IMG/VR virus record: IMGVR_UViG_3300024310_000017
Coordinates: 1 to 40,764 of that record
Source: a virus
Taxonomy: Duplodnaviria; Caudoviricetes
Reading direction: 5' to 3' (one strand)
DNA: 40,764 nt
A program made the translations under genes and the position numbers. The notes under the pieces are model-generated. The model saw nothing but the letters and a program-made list of their open reading frames with translations. It was not told the DNA's origin and did not search any database. Positions 1-7,670 of the stretch are shown piece by piece; the stretch's first letter is position 1, and each line of letters opens with the position of its first letter.

Positions 1-130
1 CACGGGGTCTTTCCAAATCGTGATCCTTGAATGCAATTTCCATCCCATGGATCGGAATAGCGTCGCGATGGCCCCGGAGAAATCTTTGAACTCGATATCG
101 CCATCCTTCCATTTCGTGGCCAGCAAATCG
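1..130. repeat. Terminal direct repeat, left copy (circularisation overlap)
   Basis: Bases 1-130 match 40627-40756 with one mismatch (pos 7 G vs 40633 A, synonymous GAC/GAT Asp on minus strand). Confidence 0.95.
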
Positions 131-1713
131 CAGCAATGGACCGCGCATTCTCGGCCGGGCACTGTAACCCGAATCAACTGCTCGACCAGAAAGCGAAACT
201 GCTTCATGAAGTCATCTAGCCCGCGACAATTGCCCATGTCCTGGATATCATTGGAGTAGGTGAACAGGTCCGCAAATGGTGGGCTAAAGATCGAGAAGTC
301 CACGCTCTCATTGGCCATGCGTTCGGCCACGCGCACGCAGTCGCCGTTCCACAATTCCCATCCCTCCCCGGTTGCTCGCTCAAGTTCGGTATTCATCGGT
401 GTTTCCACTATTGCTTCCATGAGATTTTGCGCCGTGAATTTAACCAACGTGCGGATGGTGTCGTGCTGCGCTGACTTGCGGGCGATGGTCCGCATGATTC
501 CATCATCCAAATCAGTCTTGATGACCCAACGGTTCACCTGCCGCTTTTGGCCGAAGCGGTGGATGCGTTTACAGGCTTGGTAAAACCGCTCGTAGCTGTG
601 GGTGAGGCCAACGTAAATCTCGTTATGGCAATGCTGCCAATTTAGTCCGAATCCAGCGATCCGTGGCTTGGTGACGATGACGCGAGCTGCGCCCGACGAG
701 AACGCGACCAGCTTGTCTTCCTTGTCCTCCGGGGCATCAGATCCGACGACCTCTACACAATCAGGAATCGCTTTGCGCAGTTCGGCTGATTCGTCATTGG
801 TTTCGCACCAGACAATGAAGGCCTCGGCTGATGCATTTACGATGTCGGCGGCGGCTTTAACCCGATCGATCATCGAACGGCGGCGCTCGCCAAACATGGC
901 AGTTGCGCTCACGTTGGGATTGCGCAGTAGTTCTCCAGATGCGGCGTCGGCGCGGTGGTCGGCAGCAACCTCGATGATTTGCTGATTGACCGCCGGCAGA
1001 ATGAATCCGTCATCGGAATAGCCGAGATCGGATGGCGTCGAAACGCATGCAGCCCATGTCGAAACCCATTGCCAGAATGCTTCCTCGGCGTGGCCTTTGA
1101 GTCGCCATGTCCCCGTATCGCTGGCATCATTGATGAAATAACTGGCAAGCATTTCACCCGGCGAACAGATCCCCAGAAAATCCGCATGCTGCCCCAATTC
1201 GGTAAAATCGTTAGGAGCCGGAGTAGCAGTGCAACAGAGACGATACCGTGTGAGTCGAAACATCTCCGTCAGCATTTGGCGAGTGGTGCCCCTCAGTGCT
1301 TTGAGGATGCTGGACTCATCCAGGACCACGCCGGAGAATTCCGAAGCATCCAACCGTTCAAGCCGGTCGTAATTCACGATGTTGATGCCGCTTCGGACAT
1401 CGGCTTTCTCGCGCACGACGTTCACCTTGAATCCGAATTGCTTCCCTTCGGCCTGAGTCTGGTGAGCAACGGCCAATGGGCAAACAATCAGAACCGATGC
1501 ATCGGTATGGAAATGAACCTGCCTGGCCCATTCCAACTGTTGAATCGTCTTGCCAAGTCCGCATTCCTCGAACAGTGCCGCATGACCGCGGCGACATGCC
1601 CATGCCACGATTAGGCGTTGCCAATCCCAAAGATGCCGACACAGTTCATACGGCTCGAACCCCGATGGGGGAACCGCGGCCAGCTTGGTCTGGATGAAGG
1701 AATCGTAGGTCAT
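1..1713 (-). CDS. SNF2-like helicase / N4-N6 DNA methyltransferase fusion, 5' part (continues at 40626..40129; ~736 aa total); absent from ORF track
   Basis: Hand translation from ATG 1713 (MTYDSFIQTKL) with no stop to base 1. Helicase motifs FEECGLGKT, LDESSILK, CTATPAPND, AGFGLNWQHC, YQACKRIHRFGQ, then NGDCV and MTase motif IV SVDFSIFSPPF. In frame with 40129..40752. Confidence 0.93.
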   Translation of the reverse strand, partial: MTYDSFIQTKLAAVPPSGFEPYELCRHLWDWQRLIVAWACRRGHAALFEECGLGKTIQQLEWARQVHFHTDASVLIVCPLAVAHQTQAEGKQFGFKVNVVREKADVRSGINIVNYDRLERLDASEFSGVVLDESSILKALRGTTRQMLTEMFRLTRYRLCCTATPAPNDFTELGQHADFLGICSPGEMLASYFINDASDTGTWRLKGHAEEAFWQWVSTWAACVSTPSDLGYSDDGFILPAVNQQIIEVAADHRADAASGELLRNPNVSATAMFGERRRSMIDRVKAAADIVNASAEAFIVWCETNDESAELRKAIPDCVEVVGSDAPEDKEDKLVAFSSGAARVIVTKPRIAGFGLNWQHCHNEIYVGLTHSYERFYQACKRIHRFGQKRQVNRWVIKTDLDDGIMRTIARKSAQHDTIRTLVKFTAQNLMEAIVETPMNTELERATGEGWELWNGDCVRVAERMANESVDFSIFSPPFADLFTYSNDIQDMGNCRGLDDFMKQFRFLVEQLIRVTVPGRECAVHCCDLLATKWKDGDIEFKDFSGAIATLFRSMGWKLHSRITIWKDPV

Positions 1714-2423
1714 AAATACGCCTCCATCTTGCGCGCCAACGAAACGGCCAACTCGCGCGCGTATACTCCATTCGGAAAAGCGGCAACCATCGCTTGAAAA
1801 TGGTGCGGCTTCTGCGCGAGCTGGCGCGCTAACTCATCCGTGAGTAGAACGCGGATGGGGCTCCCGGCGATCTCGTTTACGCAACCCGTCAACGGAAGAC
1901 TGTCCGAGTTTTTCCTATCCGCGAAAGCGAATGGCCGCATCGGCACTTGCACTGGCGCCGGACTGCCCGAACCCAGACCAATGAATTCGGTGGCTACTGT
2001 GCAAGCGTGGTCCCGTGCGGCCTTCTCGTTTTTGTTGAAAACCGGGGGCACCGCCGACGTTGTCCGACAGTGGTCGGCTGCAAGATCGTGCGGCGCCCTG
2101 ATTATTTGCCCTTCAGGCGGGCAATTAAGAGTTTCGGAAATTGGGAAAGAAATGTCTGCATGGGTGGCTTGCCCGCTACCGCTACTTCGGGCTGACGAGC
2201 CGCAGAGGCATCGGCGTTGCCCGTCGCCACCATCCGACGCGCCGGAGTCCAAACCATGCAGACAAATTGGAACCTCCCCTGTCCCTTTGCAGGCCTCGCA
2301 CGTTCGCGCCACTTGACCGCTACTCCTGCAATCGGTGCATCCGTTGCCGTTGCAGAGCCAGCAGGTGACGTGCGTCCCGCCATGACCATCGCAGGCGGGA
2401 CAGGGTTGGGTTGGGGTAGTCAT
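1710..2423 (-). CDS. Hypothetical protein with DnaJ-type Cys-rich zinc finger
   Basis: CPACDGHG, CWLCNGNG, CTDCRSSG, CEACKGTG repeats; ATGA overlaps at both ends. Confidence 0.65.
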   Translation of the reverse strand: MTTPTQPCPACDGHGGTHVTCWLCNGNGCTDCRSSGQVARTCEACKGTGEVPICLHGLDSGASDGGDGQRRCLCGSSARSSGSGQATHADISFPISETLNCPPEGQIIRAPHDLAADHCRTTSAVPPVFNKNEKAARDHACTVATEFIGLGSGSPAPVQVPMRPFAFADRKNSDSLPLTGCVNEIAGSPIRVLLTDELARQLAQKPHHFQAMVAAFPNGVYARELAVSLARKMEAYL

Positions 2424-2713
2424 GTGTTGGCGGGTGTTTGGCGGATTGCGGACAGATACGGAACGGCGATACGTCGATCGGCTTCAAGCGGTCCGCCATG
2501 ATTGCGTCGAAGCCCTCCGCTGCCCATGTGTCGTCCAGATAGCAGATCCTCTACCAGCCCGCGGATTCCATCCATGGATGGAAAGGCGCGAGACTCCATA
2601 ATGCCCCACTTCCAACCAGCCGCCATATAAGCATCCCGCAGCTTGGCGTAATCAACCGGCAGCGGTAACTCGATCCATTTTGGAGGCTTCGACTCGCTCA
2701 CATTTCCCCCCAT
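2420..2713 (-). CDS. Hypothetical phage protein
   Basis: ORF packed into the early operon with ATGA coupling to the downstream gene. Confidence 0.6.
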   Translation of the reverse strand: MGGNVSESKPPKWIELPLPVDYAKLRDAYMAAGWKWGIMESRAFPSMDGIRGLVEDLLSGRHMGSGGLRRNHGGPLEADRRIAVPYLSAIRQTPANT

Positions 2714-2916
2714 GGCAAAAACGTCAGAACCCGAACCGGCGATCCCGGCCTCCCGCCAACGCGAGCCCGAAAGGAAACGCCGCCGCGCTTTGAAACATCG
2801 CGCCAGTTGTGGGGAACGCGAGGCAAGGGGGGAGTACGCGGCGGCGCAAGCTCCAGGAGAACGAGGATCGTTTGGCAGGACAGGAACACGATGGTCAGGA
2901 TAAGCGGGAAGATCAT
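2698..2916 (-). CDS. Small hypothetical membrane protein
   Basis: Hydrophobic N-terminus MIFPLILTIVFLSCQTILVLL; coupled to neighbours. Confidence 0.55.
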   Translation of the reverse strand: MIFPLILTIVFLSCQTILVLLELAPPRTPPLPRVPHNWRDVSKRGGVSFRARVGGRPGSPVRVLTFLPWGEM

Positions 2917-3170
2917 ACGGTGGCCTCCGTTTTGGTGTAGGAAAAAAGATCGAACGGAATAGCGATTAGGCTACCCGCCTCGCGCTCGATATATTGGATA
3001 TACTTCCAAATCTGCTCGCTTTCGTTCACGGAAAAGCCGATCTTGATGAGGCATTCGTGCCGCATCTCCGTCTTCGCGATTTCCTTCCAGATGCGCCTAT
3101 AGCAAGTGGCGGCTGGCAGGATGGCGAATAGGCCGCCGAAGAACGCGCGACGATTCATTGATTCGCTCAT
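2913..3170 (-). CDS. Hypothetical protein (Tat-like NRRAFF N-terminus)
   Basis: MNRRAFFGGLFAILPAA; 4-nt overlaps with neighbours. Confidence 0.6.
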   Translation of the reverse strand: MSESMNRRAFFGGLFAILPAATCYRRIWKEIAKTEMRHECLIKIGFSVNESEQIWKYIQYIEREAGSLIAIPFDLFSYTKTEATV

Positions 3171-3427
3171 GATCGTTTCCCTTCGCTTGTTGTCGCCGCA
3201 ATGACCTCTCGCCGCATTTCGTTTGGAAGATCGGCCATCGCAAAAGCGGTAAGAATGTCGGCGGCGCGAAGAAACGCCTCGGAGCGCCCAGTCATGTGCG
3301 CGAAGACCACGGGGTTTGAGATGCGGTGATACTCAGCCCGGGCTTTGGCTATGGTGCCGAGTTCGCGCAGTTGGGAGATGGCTTGGTTAAGGGTCACGCC
3401 GCAGTCTCCATCATTTTGTCTTCGCAT
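3167..3427 (-). CDS. Hypothetical phage protein (start may be GTG 3397)
   Basis: Operon packing; GTGA overlap at 3394-3397. Confidence 0.6.
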   Translation of the reverse strand: MRRQNDGDCGVTLNQAISQLRELGTIAKARAEYHRISNPVVFAHMTGRSEAFLRAADILTAFAMADLPNEMRREVIAATTSEGKRS

Positions 3428-3624
3428 TCCTGGGCCGAGATCAGGATCGCAATGTAATCTCCCAGGCTAATCGGCATCCGCGACTGCTTCTCCATTATTG
3501 CAGCACGGCGGCGCGCCACATTCAGAAGCCGCTTCGGAAGATGAATTGTTACTCGGACTTTCAACGAGGAAGGTTGTCGGTTATATTGCCGAGTTCGTCT
3601 AGTCCGTAGTGATACGGAAGGCAT
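3394..3624 (-). CDS. Putative ribbon-helix-helix DNA-binding protein, first gene of the leftward early operon
   Basis: Strand-helix-helix pattern KVRVTIHLPKRLLNVARRRA...SLGDYIAILI; lies next to the divergent control region. Confidence 0.5.
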   Translation of the reverse strand: MPSVSLRTRRTRQYNRQPSSLKVRVTIHLPKRLLNVARRRAAIMEKQSRMPISLGDYIAILISAQECEDKMMETAA

Positions 3625-3718
3625 AGCCTAAATGGGCTACAACGATCTGAGGCCCGATCCGATTCCCCCGCCTTTTTGTAATTGCCAACGCCCAGCCGCG
3701 GGCGTATTGGCTCGGACT
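3625..3718. promoter_or_regulatory. Probable divergent control region
   Basis: The only point where transcription diverges. Inverted repeat TAGCC-N6-GGCTA at the 3624 start and hairpin GCCAA-CGCCC...GGGCG-TA-TTGGC. Confidence 0.4.
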
Positions 3719-3928
3719 ATGGAAATTCTCTTTCTCGTTGTGCTCGCGTTGATGTTCCTTGCGTGCGTCGGTTTGACGTTCCTGATTTTCTTGAGCGTGC
3801 GTCGCCAGGAGATTCTGTTGGAGTCGATCGAGACGACGGTGGGTAAGGGTAAGATGGTGACTTTCACTGCGCCGATCTCGAAACCATCGCTTCTGACGGA
3901 GAAGGAACTTGAGGGCGCGCGGCGATGA
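3719..3928 (+). CDS. Small single-TM membrane protein (track start 3632; ATG 3719 preferred)
   Basis: MEILFLVVLALMFLACVGLTFLIFLSVRR; ATGA-coupled to next gene. Confidence 0.65.
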   Translation: MEILFLVVLALMFLACVGLTFLIFLSVRRQEILLESIETTVGKGKMVTFTAPISKPSLLTEKELEGARR

Positions 3929-4134
3929 GTGACAAAGCGAGATATTTCCTGGCTGCGTCAATCGCCGTCTTCACGATCATCTGGATCGTTGGAGAAATCA
4001 GGAGGGATTTGCGCGACCAACATCGCATCATGATTCAACTCGATAGCTCCGGTCGCATTATATCGGTTGAGAACAGAACGGGCGTAATCATTACGAATCT
4101 GCACTTTGAAGTGGTGAACGGACCCGGGCCATGA
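3925..4134 (+). CDS. Small single-TM membrane protein
   Basis: RYFLAASIAVFTIIWIVG; ATGA overlaps on both sides. Confidence 0.65.
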   Translation: MSDKARYFLAASIAVFTIIWIVGEIRRDLRDQHRIMIQLDSSGRIISVENRTGVIITNLHFEVVNGPGP

Positions 4135-4286
4135 ACAACGCAACTCGTCGGAGGCATAAGCTGTCGCAATCAGAATTCGCCGAGAAGCTCGGGATCCCAA
4201 CTAAAACGCTCGCAAACTGGGAGCAGGGGCGCAATGAGCCGCGCGGACTGGCGAGGATCGCGCTGAAGGAGGCAATCAAGAAATGA
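4131..4286 (+). CDS. XRE-family helix-turn-helix protein, 51 aa (absent from ORF track)
   Basis: Hand translation MNNATRRRHKLSQSEFAEKLGIPTKTLANWEQGRNEPRGLARIALKEAIKK; classic HTH_3 signature; ATGA overlaps on both sides. Confidence 0.88.
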   Translation: MNNATRRRHKLSQSEFAEKLGIPTKTLANWEQGRNEPRGLARIALKEAIKK

Positions 4287-4627
4287 AAGAACCATTCGCC
4301 CTAATATTCCGTGAGGAGCGCGACGGGCGGCGTTATATGACCAATATTACCGCGACCCTTGAAGTCCACGCTCAACTATCAGTTGCTGACGATGTTCCAG
4401 TAGGGCAAAAGGAATATGCAAAGGAACATCTCCGCGAAATGATCATGCGCGAACTTTATGAGGACAAGCGCAGAGATTTCATTGAGGCAATGAACGAGTT
4501 CGAGATGATCCTTAACAGGCCATTCGAGCCGGGGTTTTTCGAGGCCAAAGAAAGATTGATGGGCTTATTGAAGCGGATGGCGCCGGATTTCACTTCGACG
4601 CCTAATCCTACTTCGCCAGCATGTTGA
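4283..4627 (+). CDS. Hypothetical protein
   Basis: 114 aa, last gene of the coupled + strand cassette. Confidence 0.7.
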   Translation: MKEPFALIFREERDGRRYMTNITATLEVHAQLSVADDVPVGQKEYAKEHLREMIMRELYEDKRRDFIEAMNEFEMILNRPFEPGFFEAKERLMGLLKRMAPDFTSTPNPTSPAC

Positions 4628-4778
4628 TCCCGCTGGCCTTGCCATTGACGATCCGGTCCGCGCTCATCTCGCGCACTGTCCACGTTCCATCAGGATTGTT
4701 GGTCGTCTCCTTGATATAGGGGTGCTCGATGGTTGAACAGCCGGCGCAGAACAGCAGCAGGAACAGGTAACATTTCAT
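4608..4778 (-). CDS. Small lipoprotein, 56 aa (absent from ORF track)
   Basis: Hand translation MKCYLFLLLFCAGC-STIEHPYIKETTNNPDGTWTVREMSADRIVNGKASGINMLAK; lipobox CAG|C. Confidence 0.75.
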   Translation of the reverse strand: MKCYLFLLLFCAGCSTIEHPYIKETTNNPDGTWTVREMSADRIVNGKASGINMLAK

Positions 4779-4784
4779 GGCGTC

Positions 4785-4822
4785 AAAAGAGCGGATGCGG
4801 CCAGAGCGTGAACCGCATCCGC
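4785..4822 (-). terminator. Intrinsic terminator near the end of the late operon
   Basis: Perfect 10-bp stem GCGGATGCGG (4791-4800)/CCGCATCCGC (4813-4822) followed by TCTTTT on the minus strand. Confidence 0.6.
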
Positions 4823-4976
4823 CGGGGACCGGGCGCCAGCTGTTGTCGGACTGGCGCTTGGGGTGGACCTTTTCTTCCGGCTGGCCCGCCGCAGATAAGC
4901 CCTGATCGCGTCAACCGTTTGTCGGTTGGATTCGACGGCGTGCCGTGGTTCCCAAGTTTTCTTGGGGATTGACGTA

Positions 4977-5222
4977 TTAAGCCGGAGGCGGCGGGGGCGT
5001 CAATGCGTCGAGAGCCTCCAGTTTTGTCGCGGCTGCCTCGGCTCGGGCCTGGATTCCGTCAAGGATGGCTTGGTCCTCCGGCGTAATCGCCCCGGCTGTT
5101 CCTTGGAGCCGCTTGATCTCGGCCACCAGGAAGTCCACATCGCCGGAAACTCCGGTGATGGCGGCATCCTGCCGATCCAAAAATGCGGTGACCTTGTCGC
5201 CGTAATCTTTAATTGCACTCAT
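4977..5222 (-). CDS. Small coiled-coil protein (paralogue of 5302..5577)
   Basis: Helical heptads; C-terminal EDQAILD...KLEALD; A-rich leader with AGGA. Confidence 0.8.
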   Translation of the reverse strand: MSAIKDYGDKVTAFLDRQDAAITGVSGDVDFLVAEIKRLQGTAGAITPEDQAILDGIQARAEAAATKLEALDALTPPPPPA

Positions 5223-5301
5223 CTATTTTCCTTTTGTTTCTGTTTTTGTTTTTGGCGAAACGTCGCCGTTTTCTGCGCCTATTCAGCGCAAAGTCAAATT
5301 C

Positions 5302-5577
5302 TCATATCTTCCGGTCGAGGGCTTCTAGCTTCATGCTCTGGGCCTGGATCCGCAGCAGGAGGGCGTCAAGTATGGCTTTGTCTTCTTCTGAAGTCGTTTG
5401 AATCGCTTCGATGGCCGACAACAGCTCGGACTTGAGATCCTCAAGGTCCGCTTTTGTCGCGCAATCCACGCCCTGATTCCCGCCTGGAACCAACTTCAGG
5501 ACCGCATCGGCGACGTGGTTTACAGCATTAACCAACGCCTTGTCTTGTGGACTGCTCATAATGCCAAAAATACTCAT
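5302..5577 (-). CDS. Small coiled-coil protein (paralogue of 4977..5222)
   Basis: TGATG overlap with OMP stop; EDKAILD...KLEALD. Confidence 0.75.
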   Translation of the reverse strand: MSIFGIMSSPQDKALVNAVNHVADAVLKLVPGGNQGVDCATKADLEDLKSELLSAIEAIQTTSEEDKAILDALLLRIQAQSMKLEALDRKI

Positions 5578-6098
5578 CAGAATTTCACGCTCAAAAAACC
5601 GCGAGTCATCAAGTCTTTGTCTTGCTTCATCCATGCTCGGATCCTGCTATCCACTCCCAAGCTGAAGTTGCGCGACAGCCGCAGTTCAGCGCCGACGCCA
5701 GCGCCGAATGCCCAATCCTCCGTTTCCCAGTTGCGGCTACCAGATCCCAAGAGGAATGCCACGAAACGATCTTTTCCAGCCCCACCAGTCTTGATCAAGT
5801 CAGCGCGAAACAGCGCCTCGGTCTCGTCGATCGAGCTGTGCTCAAACCAGCCCGCATGGTCATAATCGAAGACCGTATTGGCCAAATGAACGGACACCAC
5901 CCGGTTGATGTTGTATCCGAGATCCAGGCCTGCGCCCCAAACCGGCTTGCCGAAATCGGGATGGCTAACCGCGCCGTAGGGCGAGACCGAAAAGTCGGTC
6001 CACCAATTTTTGGGCGCGTCGTCTTGCGCCTGCGCTTTTGCAACAGTGAATAACGCCACGGCCAGGGCCGCGGCCCAGAGTTTCGGTGACGATTTCAT
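5577..6098 (-). CDS. Outer-membrane beta-barrel protein (8-strand Ail/Lom/OmpA-like type) with signal peptide
   Basis: Signal peptide MKSSPKLWAAALAVALFTVAKAQA; amphipathic strands WGAGLDLGY, FGAGVGAELRL, FSLGVDSR; C-terminal Phe BAM signal GFLSVKF. Confidence 0.85.
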   Translation of the reverse strand: MKSSPKLWAAALAVALFTVAKAQAQDDAPKNWWTDFSVSPYGAVSHPDFGKPVWGAGLDLGYNINRVVSVHLANTVFDYDHAGWFEHSSIDETEALFRADLIKTGGAGKDRFVAFLLGSGSRNWETEDWAFGAGVGAELRLSRNFSLGVDSRIRAWMKQDKDLMTRGFLSVKF

Positions 6099-6108
6099 AG
6101 GTGGTTTT

Positions 6109-6618
6109 TCAGCGAGGGATGGGTGCCGCCGTGGGGGTAAATGGGGCCTTCACTCGGCCGAATAGCATCGGCTCCATCGGGATTTGAACGAGCTCAATAC
6201 TGGCCGAATTACCGGCAGCCGACGTAATGCGCAACCGCTCGCGCCAATCGGTCAGATCTCGACTTAGTTCGAGTACTCCGGGAACCGGGGTCACGAAAGA
6301 AAACCCAACCGGCTGCAGATTGGATGGCGTCACTGGCGCCGGTGGCGAGATATACGGAACAGCCTCCCCGGATTCGCCCCAGAAATTGGTGCTCGTCACG
6401 GTGAAAATGCGTGGCGCTCCCACGGTCCAATTCTGGACGGTGAATCGGTTGGTCGTCGAGCCGCCAAGCAACACGCGCGTCGTGCCGACGATCTCGTAAA
6501 ACTTGAATCCAATCCCCGGCCCCGTTTGCGCGTCCCAGGTGAAGACCACATTCGTCGTAATGGCACCGCCGCTGATGGCGCCGGCGAGGGTCAGTAAGAC
6601 TGCGAATAGCGTTTTCAT
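6109..6618 (-). CDS. Exported FN3/Ig-like protein with verrucomicrobial-type C-terminal domain
   Basis: Signal peptide MKTLFAVLLTLAGAISGGA; FN3-like FTWD...FKFY...FTVTSTNFWGES; C-terminal LELSRDLTDW...FGRV. Confidence 0.75.
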   Translation of the reverse strand: MKTLFAVLLTLAGAISGGAITTNVVFTWDAQTGPGIGFKFYEIVGTTRVLLGGSTTNRFTVQNWTVGAPRIFTVTSTNFWGESGEAVPYISPPAPVTPSNLQPVGFSFVTPVPGVLELSRDLTDWRERLRITSAAGNSASIELVQIPMEPMLFGRVKAPFTPTAAPIPR

Positions 6619-6643
6619 TACGTTCCTCGGAAAACTTTAATAG

Positions 6644-6844
6644 TTAGATTCCATTTTGCCGGGTTTTTGGGCACATGCCCTTATGCTGGTACCCCACCAT
6701 AAAACTTTTTGTATTCATCCGTGGATGGCTGGCCCGAAAACCTTCCAACCCAGCAGAACCAGCAAAATACTCGGCCTTATATTTTGCCGTGGCGGGCGTC
6801 AGGGGCCACGATGACCAGAGTCCGAATAATAGCGATGTAGTCAT
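6644..6844 (-). CDS. Hypothetical protein
   Basis: ATGA-coupled to 6841..7137. Confidence 0.5.
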   Translation of the reverse strand: MTTSLLFGLWSSWPLTPATAKYKAEYFAGSAGLEGFRASHPRMNTKSFMVGYQHKGMCPKTRQNGI

Positions 6845-7137
6845 ATTTTGCCTTTCTCAACGTGTTCGGTTTCGGCTCTTTCTCGACGACGCTTGCTGAA
6901 ATCGTCGGCAGCGCGGCCCAGCGATTTGTCGATCCAGGCTATGTAAACGCTTGCTGAAGCGATGAACATCTTAACGCCCAGCCGAATAATGGAGAAATCC
7001 GACTGCGCTTTCCAATCAGCTTGGCTCCACGTCTCGGTATAAGAATCGAACAAAGTCAACGCTGGAAGGACGATCAGCAGTGCGGCCTTGATCCAAACGA
7101 GCCGGTAAGACCGCGTTACATCCAGCATATAGTTCAT
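6841..7137 (-). CDS. Two-TM membrane protein, holin candidate
   Basis: Two hydrophobic segments plus a charged C-terminus (KRRRERAETE); downstream of the tail genes. Confidence 0.5.
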   Translation of the reverse strand: MNYMLDVTRSYRLVWIKAALLIVLPALTLFDSYTETWSQADWKAQSDFSIIRLGVKMFIASASVYIAWIDKSLGRAADDFSKRRRERAETEHVEKGKI

Positions 7138-7141
7138 CGTT

Positions 7142-7651
7142 TCATTTCTTGAACATGAGCAGAACCGTCACGAGGCACCCGACCACGGCCAGGCCAACGG
7201 TGATTATCGTGACAAGCATTGCCGTAGTGATCGCTCGTGGCCCGCCCTGTTGGGTGACCACATACTCACTGATAGGCTTTATCGTGGCTTCGATCTTTTC
7301 GATGGCAGATTTTAATTCAGTCCGAGTCGGGTAATCGCCGCGCTCCTTGCTGATCTGCTCTCTGAGTTCATTGGCCTTTTCATCCTTGTAGGTTTGAATT
7401 TCCCGAGCCAAACCCAAAGCCGCGAGATCCGCGGTCTCTTTAATCTTCAGCGCCTTTTCCCGTTCCGTCGCGACCTCGGCATAGCGTCGATCTCGCTCAG
7501 CCTGGAATTTCTCTTCAGCCGCGCGCAAAGCTTCCTGGAGCCGGTCCGATTCCCGCATCGCCTCCCGAAGCTTCTCTTCGGCGGCACGCATGGCTTCGTT
7601 GTGAAGCCGATAACTTTCTATGTTCCAGACCGAATCTTGCTTGGTGTCCAT
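7142..7651 (-). CDS. Coiled-coil protein with C-terminal TM anchor
   Basis: EKLREA/EKFQAE coiled coil; TM AMLVTIITVGLAVVGCLVTVLLMF. Confidence 0.75.
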   Translation of the reverse strand: MDTKQDSVWNIESYRLHNEAMRAAEEKLREAMRESDRLQEALRAAEEKFQAERDRRYAEVATEREKALKIKETADLAALGLAREIQTYKDEKANELREQISKERGDYPTRTELKSAIEKIEATIKPISEYVVTQQGGPRAITTAMLVTIITVGLAVVGCLVTVLLMFKK

Positions 7652-7670
7652 ATCCCTTCACCTTGCCGAC

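Noticed and set aside
20-1697. Plus-strand ORFs in the track (20..259, 260..583, 668..985, 955..1614 and others)
   Set aside because: Antisense shadows of the helicase-MTase gene that the track missed.
2913-3170. Twin-arginine export signal (NRRAFF)
   Set aside because: Short hydrophobic stretch, no clear cleavage site, early-operon context; not counted in the secretome.
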